From positions 1 through 32,113 of the forward strand of contig CAJNYD010000353.1 of the NCBI GenBank assembly GCA_905331295.1: 32,113 nucleotides of DNA, written 5' to 3'. A program made the translations under genes and the position numbers. Below, piece after piece: positions 1 to 12,166 of the stretch. Within the stretch, counting starts at the first letter, position 1. The number at the start of each line of letters is the position of its first letter. The notes below the pieces were generated by a model that was not told the origin of the DNA, ran no database searches, and worked only from the letters and a program-made list of their open reading frames with translations. Origin of the DNA: Rotaria socialis (Eukaryota).

Positions 1-606
1 ACTACATAGAGACATGGAAAATAGCATTGCTGAATTATTACGTCAAAACTTGTATTATTTGTTTATTATTTATCAAACAAGGTCACCCATTTCAGTAGAG
101 GATTAGCGACACTTACGTCGCGTTACTTGTAATATAGAGATCCTAGATATTCTTTGAGAAAGATCTGGAATGAAAAACAAAAACAACAATAACTTATTAG
201 ATATCCACGGTCAACGATACACAATTAATTTATCAAATTACTGTTCATCATATGATGAAAATTTCGGCCAATGAATACAATTCAATTGAATAAGATTGTT
301 TTCATCGCTGTCGATACTTCAATAATAATCAAATTTTTCTATTTTGCTTTTCATTTTCTACTAAACTACTAAACTAATAATCTAAATATTTTTATCAATG
401 GTTTGTCTCTGTCTGCTAGTTTTGTTTATTGATAGAACAATAGCGAAGGGTTTTTCTTTTTGTTAAATTCATCTTATTTCTAATCAATACAGAAGATTTC
501 TCAGTCATGATTTACATCAATTTATGATTAAATGAATCGAAATCGTTTCTTGAATATGAGTAAAAGTAATTTATAACTGCTTGCGCATATATAAATATAT
601 ATATAT

Positions 607-608
<2 letters not shown>

Positions 609-638
<30 letters not shown>
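609..638. repeat. (AG)15 microsatellite, preceded by a short (AT)n run
   Basis: Read directly: 15 AG units at 609-638, with an imperfect (AT)n run at ~587-607. Confidence 0.95.
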
Positions 639-640
<2 letters not shown>

Positions 641-3177
641 TGATTTTATTTGTCGTTATGCATAAATGAAAAGGGTTATACAAGAGAAGTTACTGCTAAT
701 AATAGTAGACCTGTTTTTTTTTCTACTTACAAAAGTCAGCAGTTACCAGAGAATGTCTTTATTCAATTTACATTCATAATCATGCATATTTATGTGTATT
801 TGACAATTAGAAATAGTAGTGAGTTCACTTCGCCTTCTGTCTTTTCTCTATTTTATGTCGATCATGAAAGTCAAGTGTGGGTAGTTTAGTACTCGTCTTG
901 ACTTTACTTCATTTTTATTGATCGTTTTGATGTCAAAAATTTTTAAATCAAAGAGAGTTGTATACAATAAATAAATGAGTTGGCCTCAATTTGCTTGTTA
1001 TTGAAGTGGAAGAACTCAATAAACGGGTAAGTTATGATACAAATGCATGATTTTTTATTCTGTTTTTTTTTTGCTTCATATTTGAAGTTGATCAGATTAT
1101 TTTCTACAATCTGTATTTTGCTCTATGTATAGCTTAGGAAATTTACACTTGGTTTTTTTTAACGATTACAGTACAATGAAATACTTTTTCCGTAATAAAA
1201 TATTTAAAAATTTTAATTGATGAAAGCATGTCGTATGTTGAATAACTATTAGTAGTAGTTTACATTTTCTTAGTGAAACTTATTCATTAGTTTGGATTAG
1301 TAAATAGATGAAGATCTGATTAAATCTATTAGAAATTTACTAAATGAATATTTAGAAAGACAACATCTTAAAACGTTAAATATTCTTTTGTATTTTAGCA
1401 GCGGAAATATAAGAGTGATATCAAATAAATAACTTACTTTTTAGAAATATTTTTATTTGTGTGAAAAATTGAGCCAGTGTTTTAATTTAAATTTGCTATT
1501 ATTTTTCACTATCAGCAACAGTCTTGTCGATGTTGTAAGACTTAATTGTATCAATGAAGGATGATTTTTCTCGATTAGTTTTCTCTCATATAGGTGTTAT
1601 TTCATGACTGTAAGGTATTTTCATCACACATATGTAGTAGAAGCAAGGATTATAAATTCAGGAGCATACTCACAGAGAAAATATTCCCATAAATCTTCAC
1701 ACTTACAGAAATTTATGCACGTGTTGGAACGACACTAAGAGGATTTTTTAAATCGCTCAAACCAATTTACTAAAATATTGTTTTCATGCTATTACTTAGT
1801 ATATTTTTAATATATATATATATATTCTTATACAATTCATCAAACTCTGTTCACCTATGGAAAAATATCGCCATTGATTTTTCAGACTGGTGTCTGAATA
1901 ACTGAGGTTCAAAATAAGATTTAAACAGAAATCACTTATGCGATGTTATATTTCAACATAGAATACAAATAAATGAGCAAACACTTCTCGTTTCCTTCTT
2001 ACTTGATCTTTTATAAACACTATTGTCAAGGTTTAGTTTTCCACTATAAAAACTAGCATTTGTCTAGAAAGGGTATAGTTAAAAAGATTACACTAGAATT
2101 CTGTGAATTATGACTTGTCAAGATATAGAATAGATAGAAAATATTACAAAACATCTTTTGTTTGTAACTATAAAGGGTGACAACAACATATCGAAGCAAA
2201 CAATGACTAGACACTTTACGTAGAATGAAACTATTCTTAATATCATTCATTCCATTGCTATACAGGATTTTCTTTTATTCTAATGTATTAAGTATAGAGG
2301 ATAGAAAAATCAAGTATATCTATTTTCTTTTCATTTCATATATAAGATAGAACTGACAACAAAATTAGTTGACCTTATTTCGATATTATACTTGCATTTA
2401 CTTGTGCTATTATTTATTTAAGAGTTTTCTTTTGACAGAATAAAAATTATTCTATGATAAATAAAAGATATCAATGAGACTTTCTTATCACCAATGTGAT
2501 AATTAAAATAGTGGTAAAATTCAATAAAAAAAGAATAATATATTTTTTAAATCCAAGAATTCATCGTTTCGAAGATTGTTCTCTTATTTAAATTATTCAT
2601 AAATGAATTCAACCATTTATTTTTACTTATGAAGACTTTTGATATCAGTGATATTTTATCTAACCATAAAGTATTACAAAAACAAAACAAGACAGGTATA
2701 TTGAATTTGAAAATGTTATGTAGCTTAAATTGATAGATGTTTTTCACCATAGATTTTACAATTTCTATGATAAATACATGAGGAAGAAATGCCGATATCA
2801 GCAAATGTGCTTGAGGTGTTCTCGGCTTTTCATTTTTTAATGGTCACATGACTTCAATCTAATTAGAATTCCAATAATCATTGGAATATACAGAATATTT
2901 TCATCATTATAGATAACTTTTTATTACTTGCAAATTTATTTAATGAATTTTACTGTCAATTGTATTTTACATTATGAATAATCTTACACTCACACATGTC
3001 ATGGTAAACTATGCACTTGATTTTATCTCATCTTTTATAAATTGAATCTAGATAAGTTTTACTAGATGTAAATAAATTTAAGAAGTTCATTGAATAATAT
3101 ACGAAAAAGTAGTCAAGTAAAGGATAAAAAACGAAACTACTGTTTGGAATGAAATTTTCCTAATGAAAAGGTTACTC

Positions 3178-3460
3178 TTTTTTGTGTACTCAAAAAGTGA
3201 GTACACTCTAGATTCGGTCAGTGTGTCCATCCGTCCGTCCGTCCGTTAACACGATAACTCTTGAAAGCCTCATCCAATTGTCATGAAATTTTTTACACAG
3301 AATGATCTCATCAATATCTCAGCCGAGTTCAAAGATGAGAAGGATCCGTCAAGAAATGTCTGAGTTATTGAAAAAATTGTCATTATTGACCCGACCATCC
3401 CTGAGGGGGGGGGTGCAGGGATTTTTTTTCTCAGAATTATTCACAACATATATAAATCGA
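3178..3460 (+). mobile_element. DINE-1/Helentron-like non-autonomous element fragment (3' boundary uncertain)
   Basis: T-run at 3178-3183, then a perfect 9-bp stem GTGTACTCA-aaaag-TGAGTACAC (3184-3206), then CTAGATTCG and a (CCGT)n microsatellite (~3225-3246), in GC-richer sequence. This layout resembles DINE-1/HINE 5' ends. No clear 3' subTIR or hairpin was found. Confidence 0.5.
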
Positions 3461-3928
3461 TTCAGTTTTTGCAGTACACATAACAATCGGATGCGAATCC
3501 GATGTTTCCGCATTTATTTTCTATACATACTAACAGAAAACAAAACAAAACATGTTTTTATTGTTTCTCTTTTTTTTCGTCTTTTAATCTTATTAATCTT
3601 ACTTGTGCAGAATGTAATAATATTACAATAAAAAAGAGATACACGTCGAGTTTTGATATATACAATGTGTCAATAGAAAATAGATTTTTCGTAAAAACAG
3701 AACTAAACTGAACGTTAAGTGACATGACAATCTAGAATAGCTAAGTGAGTGAATAGAAACCAAACGACTTTTGATGATGACATGGTCAAATGAATAAAAA
3801 AAGAAGATGAAGATATTTTTTATCGTATTATTAAGCATCGTCTATGTACTTAATTGAATGAGTGAATACTGGGACCTGAAGAAAAAAAAACAGACTAATA
3901 TAAAATAGATTTCTTGATTACTTGAATA

Positions 3929-5640
3929 ATGTCACGAAAAACAAAATCTATATCACAGCAATCATCGACAATGTTGGCAACGGTGAGAAAAAATAAATCC
4001 TTGATTTATCTTTTGTTTTGTGTATTAATTATTAATTATGATCACTAAGAAACTGTATCTTTTGAATTTGAGACAACAAAAAGAAAACAGTACGGAAATG
4101 CACTGATTGTCTTATATAAAACAAAATGACAATTGTGATAAATCAAAAGAAATACTTCGTGTCTTTGTCATGTTTCTACTCTAAATTTCTGTTTATGTGA
4201 TAGAACACTTGAGACATGTGTTTAGAATTTGTAAATTAGTCATATTTACCGAAATTCATAGAACTAGATTATCTGAAGAATTAATAATATCTATTTTTCA
4301 AGTATTATTATTACTATTATTATTATAAATGTAGGCTACTCGTCGAGGTACAATGCCGAGCACTCATTATAGAAATACAATAATATTAACAACACCAACA
4401 ACTAGTAAAAATTCCTTAACATTTGAAAGTGTTGTATGCTCGCAATTAGAATTAAAACGACGTGCAGAATCTTTCTCGCGTCGTCGAAGCACAATGTGCC
4501 GACGATCATCAATACATTATCCAACAGGAACATCATCAAATCGGCGTATAACATCCACATGTGTAGTATCTAACTCTCAAGTAAATGATCAAACATCACT
4601 ATCTACAACATCAGATATCACGGCACAGTTTTTGAATACAAAAATTTTCAACAGTGAACGTAAACTTAGTCAAGCATTATCATTTAATTCCAATAGTCCT
4701 GCTTCCTTAGAGAGATTAGGTGAACGACAATCTATTGTCTCTATGTTGTATTGGGATCCGTCGTCAAGAAGTACTGAAATTAAAAAAGTATGAAAATATA
4801 AAATAAACTGTGTTTTGTTTTCTTTCATTTTTCTTTTGCTCTATCTAGAAGTCATCGCGAGCATCGAAATGGAGCATTGATTTCCAAAAAGAAACGCCTC
4901 ATTATGGTAGTTTACGTTCTCGTTTAATTGAAGAATATACTGATTGTGAATCATTAATGGAGTTTGTTAAAAAAACTATACTTGTACTTATGAAAACTAG
5001 TAAATTTAAATAAATACACATTTTCGAACTCTACAGTACTATTTTCTTTAGAAGCAGCAGCGATTTTTCTTGGCCTTCTTCTTATTCTGCCTATTATAAT
5101 GATGGGGATTGGTATGGGAAAAAGAAAAAGAAAAAGAAAAAGAATTTGCCCTTTTTTAAATTATTTATCAAACAAAAAATACTTGTATTTCTTTTATATT
5201 TAGGTGTTAGTCATTTAAGTGATTGTCCTCGTCAACCAAATTTACCAATTTATGTATTTGTTGCCGGTATTGTATGGACAACGAAACTTCTTCAAAATAT
5301 TTGGCATAAATATCGTTTACAACAAAAAGTCTTGAATGATGAAGAACCATCGCCTGATCATCATGATGAACATGCATTCATTGATGGTTTGATGACATCG
5401 TTTCTTATAATATGGTTTTTTTTAGGTCATTATTGGTTAATAACTATTGGATACCCACCACATTTTGAACAATTGCTAGAAAATCCTGATATATGGTGTC
5501 ACAAAGCTGTTGTTTTATGTGCATTGGCATCTATACTTATAACGTATATTATATTATTTACTTTTATTAATCTTGTTATATTTCTCGTACTTGTTACTCG
5601 TTATACAGTTATTCAACGAGCTTCAACAGATCAAATGTAG
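3929..5640 (+). CDS. TMEM272: TMEM272-like transmembrane protein, 5 exons, ~384 aa
   Basis: Phase-consistent GT-AG exons 3929-3982, 4335-4787, 4849-4999, 5052-5111, 5204-5640. Family-like motifs LPIIMMGIGVSHLSDCPRQPNLPIYVFVAG, FLIIWFFLGHYW and WCHKAV, with about four hydrophobic segments after a Ser/Arg-rich N-terminus. Exon 1 is the least certain. Confidence 0.8.
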
Positions 5641-6940
5641 ATAAAAACCGAATAAATACACACGCACGTATATATATATATATACTATATTGTTTTTTCT
5701 TAATATTTTCTAATTTATTATTAAATAAATCTAATAAAGCATATTGTTCAACTCATTTTTGCACCATAATCATACATGGTCCAACCAAATCTTGATGACT
5801 TGATCATTGTAACAAATAATAATTGTCAGTTTTCAGCAATATAAAAGAAGATAGTTTAGTTTTTTTGCTTTTGCCTCGTATTATATTAAAGAAAACTATT
5901 TTTTGAAACATATCATCATCGGGATATAATTTTTAAAGACATACATGAAAAAATATTTCAATGGAACGCTATACAATCTTTCTGTTCAGGATTAAAATGT
6001 AAAACACGATATAATTTTATTATGTTTCATTTGATCTACCTCTGACCTTCTATGAATAAAAACAAACATCCTTTTCGATTTTATTTGACAAACATTGAAA
6101 AATTTTCTAAAAACTAACATCACTTGTTATTACTGTAAACGAGTAGATACATCATTTTATTTACTGAGCATGAAAGTATGAAAAGAAAATCATCTGAAAT
6201 GATATTTTGAACTACAGATCAAAATTCTCTCTATGTGATGCACATATCACAGTACAGAGTTACATCGACACGGATTGTTATTGTTGTACACGTGTTTTTT
6301 CTTTTATCTTTTATAAAGGTTTTGCGTTTGGAAATAATTTAATCTGACATAAAACTACAAAGAAAAACATTCGAATTCATCTTATTTTCGTTTTTAAAAA
6401 CAAAGGGTTCATAATTATTGTTATTTGCCCAATTACTATTATACTGACAAGCAATCTTCTTCCATCTTTCACATGAAAATATATCATTTGATAGAGAAAA
6501 TGTGACGTTAACGTAAATAAAGTGTACGTTGTGCATTCATTTCTTTTCTTTAGTTGGAAGAAGCCAACTTTTCTGAATTGAGAAAATAAATATCAGTATT
6601 GCTATTTCTTTTTTCGTCAAGAATAAAAATACAAATAGCCATAATCAGTGCGTCATAACTTGAGCGTAGGTGTGTCAAAGTATAAGGTATATTCCAGTTT
6701 GATTTTCACTTGAATAAATGTCTACGCTTTTGTTAATTCTTTATCATCATACGACAATACTTGAAATTTCGAAATTCAATGACAAAAATATAAAACAAGA
6801 TTCAAAACAATATTCTGTTTGATTATTCGCCAACATACAATTTAGTATCTATTACAATTTATATTGATTTATAAAAATAATAATACCATCAGAAAAGCAA
6901 GTGCAAATAAAATACTTAACAGTTTTGATTAAAATTTTTG

Positions 6941-7739
6941 ATGGCATCTTCAAATATTCTAGCTGAAAAAGGTAAGTCATTATATAAATATTCTTACAAT
7001 TAAATGCTCTAACTATAATGCATGTCCTAGCTCATATGTCGTCATTTTAAGTACATAATTATTAATAATAATGTATTATTTTCTTGATTTAGATTATCAA
7101 ACAAAAGTACTTCAAGCACGTTCGCTGGATAATTTTGATAAAAATATTATTTGTCCAAATTTTACATATGTATTTTATACTGAATTAGAAATTAACTTAA
7201 ATTGGAATTTTCATGATCCTATGGAACGATGGTATCTACTTTTTGCAGAAATTTCTCTACCAATATGTTGCGCGAAGAAAATTAATGAAAATAATCATAC
7301 ACCAGTGCAAGTATTTGTCTATCCGCCTAATATATTAATTATATATCATAATGCAAAAATAAAATATCGCTGTTTAAATTGCATAAATGAGTGGACATCA
7401 GCACGTGGTAGAGCTATATTCCAAACAGAGATTCCGTGTACTAATAAATATAATTGTTTATTTGTGAATTTGTGTACACAAGAATGCCGATTATGTAGAA
7501 GAAATATTCAACCGTCATGGTATTTGTGTGAAACAACTCGAGTTATGAAAAGCGTATGTCGAATTATAATTGAACAATTTTATTCAAATCGAAATTTCCC
7601 ATTACCAATACATCAAAATTCTTCCTCAGACGAACGATTTATACAACGAGCAAGTCAAACAAATGGTCGCCATCACGAAAATCTATGTCAAGCATGTCGT
7701 GAAGGTTACTGTTATGATTCTCATCGAAAATATCATTGA
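6941..7739 (+). CDS. zf-3CxxC (RTP/ZAR1-like) zinc-binding domain protein, copy 1, ~225 aa
   Basis: Exons 6941-6971 (MASSNILAEK, donor GTAAGT) and 7093-7739 join in phase. Motifs KYRCLNCINEWTS, TQECRLC and RHHENLCQACREGYC match the 3CxxC pattern CxxC..WTS..QxCxxC..H....CxAC..GxC. Confidence 0.85.
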
Positions 7740-7755
7740 AAAAATTAGTGAATAT

Positions 7756-8159
7756 CGGAGCCCCAAGTAGACCACGTCTTCGAGGCCTGTAGGCCTGTCA
7801 GCATTTTATAGCTAAAACAAAATGATGAGAGACTAGAAACTAGAGGTACATACAAAGAACCCAGCGTACTTTTATACCTGGAGGTAACCGACCTGTCATA
7901 GGCATAGGCCACGAATTTCGGACCACTACTTATCAGAGGTTCAAGCAATTTTTGACCTGTTGGCCTGTCTGAGCCTGCCAGATTCACTTCTCAGAAAATC
8001 GTGGTGTATGCCTATGATAAGCGGGTTATCTCTAGGTATAAAAGCACACTCGGTGCTCTGTATGTACCTCTAGTTTCTAGTCTCTCATCATTTTTGTTTC
8101 AGCTATAAAATGCTGGCAGGCCTACAGGCCTCGAAGACGTGGCCGGCTAGGAGCCTCTG
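7756..8159. mobile_element. hAT-type MITE with long (~160 bp) imperfect inverted arms
   Basis: Exact 8-bp direct repeat GTGAATAT at 7748-7755 and 8160-8167. The left arm (..CCACGTCTTCGAGGCCTGTAGGCCTGTCAGCATTTTATAGCT..) is the near reverse complement of the right arm (..AGCTATAAAATGCTGGCAGGCCTACAGGCCTCGAAGACGTGG..). 404 bp, no credible coding sequence. Confidence 0.9.
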
Positions 8160-9667
8160 GTGAATATATCGTCTCTCAAATGTTTCTTATTTAAGAAGCG
8201 TAAGAGCAACATTTATGCGAGTGTCAGATAAAAATGTTTTAGAACCCACTTTACCGATAAATGTTATTAAATAAGTATATACGTATGATAAAAAAATTGA
8301 ATATTATTTTTCAATTCTTCGAGATTTATTTATGATAAAAATGTAAACAGATGTTTTTCTTATACTCAATAAAAAATTGTTTCCTTTTATTACTTTTGGT
8401 GTATAAAAAAATGGTCTTATCAATGAAATCTAAAACTTAATTGAAACTAATATTAGTCAATTATACAATTAAATGGTTCTGTTTATGTCTCTTTTTTTTT
8501 GTTTTGCCAAAGAGTATCTAGATAGATTTAAAAAAAATAAGATTCATGATAGTGCTGTGACTATTATTTTTCTTCTTTAAATCTTCGATTCGTTACAGAA
8601 AATAGAGGGTTTATCTTTATCATCAAGTATATTTTCCTAAGAAATAATACGAATGATTCATAGATTGTTAGTCAGCTAAAAGTTCTGACATAGCATCTAT
8701 TCGAGACAAGTCCCTGTGATATCATCAAAAAAACAAGAAAAATAGTTTTTCAATGCTTACATGGACAGTAATCTTTCATTTAAAATAAAAAGCTAGGACC
8801 AGAACGAGAAAAATCATCATCATTACCAATTCGTCATGGTGTTTCTATAGTATTTTTCATGAAAAATATATTCATCTCTTCCGTTTGATGACGTCAAGTT
8901 GGAATTTACCAATATACCTAGAAAACCACGAAATAGAATGTGACAGAAAAAAGAAAAATTGATTGTATACAAAGATTTACAATAGTTGAGCAATAACAAC
9001 AAAAAACATTGCATTCTCTTTTTCTCTCTGTATTTACCTTTATATATATTTCTTTCGCATACCTTCTATCAGATATTTTCATAATCATACGTTGAATATA
9101 AAAAAGACAACGATCATCGATTCTGCTTGTTTTATTCTTTCATCATTCATTCGTAGGCGTCATTTGAAATTTCACAATTACCATGTAAGATCATTGTTAA
9201 TCGCACAGAGATTGAAGTGGGTAAAAAAAAAATTTTTCTTGCAGTTTTTCCCTAAGTTTTTCTTTTCTTCTTCTTCTTCCTTCCTGCTCATTTTGTTTTC
9301 GTTTTAGTCAAAAACAAATTTGACAAACAGATTGAATTGGTTCGCACTATTTTATAGTGGCAAAAAGAACTTTTTTCTCTTACTAAGAAAATACGTCCAT
9401 CCTGTTATGTTTGTTCACCTTTATTTTTCGGGGAAAACGAAAATCTTCGTCGTCTCGAAACTTACTCTTTCATCCTTTCCTTTCGTTTTTTTTTCATGAC
9501 CATTTTGCATTACTATTTACTTGCATTTTCCCTAACGATTTTACAGCACTTATCTTTATAATAAGATATGAACTCATTTTTATTATACTATCAACATTTA
9601 TTTTCAGATTATTAAACTACATATACACCTATACCGTTCATCATTTAAAATAGCAATAACAATTGAA

Positions 9668-10800
9668 ATGACTGGTTCATTATACCATCGTCAAATTAGT
9701 TTGGCAGAAGATTATTCAAATAAAAATAAAATGCCACAACCAAAATTTCGTCGTTGTTTATCAGTTGAAAATAAAAATTTATTTGCATTGATATCTGATA
9801 ATCATCAAAATAAAACAGAATCATTTTTTCGACGTGATCAAACAGCCAGTGATAATGATTCAGGTATTGAAGATGGTGATCAACAAATTGTAAATTCTGC
9901 TTGTTTACAATCAAATAATACAGGCGAAAAAGAATCATCAACACATTTGAGTGCTTATGAAGATGGATATTTGGAAAATGATTCAAACAAATTTATTAAT
10001 AAAACTTCCAACTACTGTGAACAATCTGTAAAAGGTTTTCATGGTGATAGTAAGTACAATATTTGTATTCTTTTCAAAATCTTCTATTGTTTTAATATTC
10101 AATATGTTGTCTCCTTAATTTTTTTAGTGATTCTTGCTTCAAAAGTACCAGATGACCAAAAGAAGCTGTTTTGCTCAAGCACTTGCGAAATATTCCATGG
10201 TGATTTTACTCTTCGTGTATTATATCCACTTTTCATAAGAAAGATTGATACTAATTATTGCCTTCTTCCTGAAAATGAAATCTATGGTGACCCATGTAGA
10301 TGGCCCAATTTTGCTTTTGTGAAACTTGATAATGCAAAAGCGCAATTCAAATGTCCAAATAGTCATTGCGGTCGTTCATGGACATCAATGCGTGCTCGAA
10401 TTTCATTTAAAATTAGTTATCCACAACAAAATGGCTTTGTCGTAATGAAGATTTACGGGCAAGTTTGTCAAGTATGTGAAACAATTGCTGAAGCACGTTG
10501 GTATTCAGGTAGGGTTTGAATAATAAACCAGTACATCTTTCTACGATTTTGATTTATTTCAAAAAATTATTTTTAGAGGAAGTTTGTCGAGTGATGAAAA
10601 ATTTGGCTGAATCACTGTTCATGAAGTTTTTCCCCACATTGATTAATCAGAATAGTTCGCAAAATGCAAACACAATTCGAAATGACAATCAAATTTATCA
10701 ACGTTCACGTCATGATGCAAATCAACGAATGGGAAAAATGAATTCACAACATGATAGAATTCACTGTGAAGCCTGTTTACGCGGCTTTTGCTTTCGTTAA
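9668..10800 (+). CDS. zf-3CxxC (RTP/ZAR1-like) zinc-binding domain protein, copy 2, ~328 aa
   Basis: Phase-consistent exons 9668-10049, 10128-10508, 10577-10800. Motifs AKAQFKCPNSHCGRSWTS, IYGQVCQVC and HDRIHCEACLRGFC, plus a polar N-terminal extension. Confidence 0.88.
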
Positions 10801-12166
10801 AAAACAGTAGATTTGTAAATATATACATTCGTATGTATAATTTGTAGGCTTCAAAGTTTAGGTTTTTTTTTTTCGTGTTGCTGAGTATTAAACCGATATT
10901 ACATTATCAAATTTGAATTTAATCTTTTCTTGCTGTAGATGAAACTATTGAAAATAAAACTTCTTATTGCATCGATAGAATAAGTTTCATATTTTCAACC
11001 ATTAAGAGAACCAAATCAGTTTAATATTAAAGTTAATTACGTATTGGTTTTACTAATGTCAAAAATTTTATAGTAGAAAATTGAGGATGGTCCTTATTTT
11101 GGTTCATTGTTGAACTTATTGCTGTCTCTAACAAAATGACTGATCTATATTTGAAATCAGAAGATGATTCACAGTTTGCATTGGAGAGTAAAAAATAGTA
11201 TACGGTGTTTTATGAAATAAACCTATGTATTTTACACGAAAATCTGAATGATTAAACAAGCAACAGTCTATGATAAGTAAGAAAAAACAAAATAGTAAAA
11301 ATTTTTCATTATGGAATATGTGAATCAATGTTTATGTTCTCATTTATCTCTATATTTGTCTGTTATTATGGCGTCTAGTGAAACGATAGACCTGACATCG
11401 TACTATCAGTATAATATACATGTTTCTTCGAGTTTTTATCTACTATCTTTCGTGTATATTTAATAATTTAGGTTTTATTTTTATCTTTTCTTCTTAATTT
11501 GATCAAATATCATTTTTTTTCGTTTGTAGGAAAAAAATCAACGTCTCCTTTTTTACACACAAAAAGTATATATATTTAACATAAATAGTCATCATTATGA
11601 AAAGCAAGTTTTAGTTAATTTTGAAATTTCAACTCGAACAATTATTGAAAATCTCGAATCAATCATGATCACTGATAGGTCCTTTAAAGATGGAATGAAT
11701 AGTATAACTGCTGAAATAGAAAGATCAATATCTTTAGTTTGAATTAATAAATATCAAAATACTATTGATCTTACTGTGTGAGATGATTTTGAAGGATAAG
11801 TATCAAACATAAAAAATGAATAATTCTTTGATTCATTACCAAATAAAAATAAGAACTTCAATTGTTAATCTTATTTGAATTTAATACCAAGTATTTGAGA
11901 AATACTTTCAACTCGAAAATTTTCAAAGTAGCTATACAAAACCAAGCAAATGGTATGATTGGAAAAAATTCAAATCTTCAGTGATAACGACAAACATATC
12001 ACACATTTCAATTATGCATACAAATCGATTGAATAAGACACGAATGATTCGATGAGCATTATCGTTTCCCAGTTTTATAACGCTATTCATAAAAAATTGT
12101 CGTTTCATGTTCTAAATTCTATTAGTCAACGTATTTTCATTGATTAAAATGATGTCACGTTAAATA

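Noticed and set aside
3302..3631. 109-aa ORF
   Set aside because: It starts inside the DINE-like repeat, runs into low-complexity AT-rich sequence and has no recognisable domain.
7745..7987. 80-aa minus-strand ORF
   Set aside because: It lies almost entirely within the MITE and has no transposase motifs.
9696..9986. Minus-strand ORF opposite 3CxxC copy 2 (likewise 20049-20378 opposite CPSF3)
   Set aside because: These are antisense shadows of real exons.
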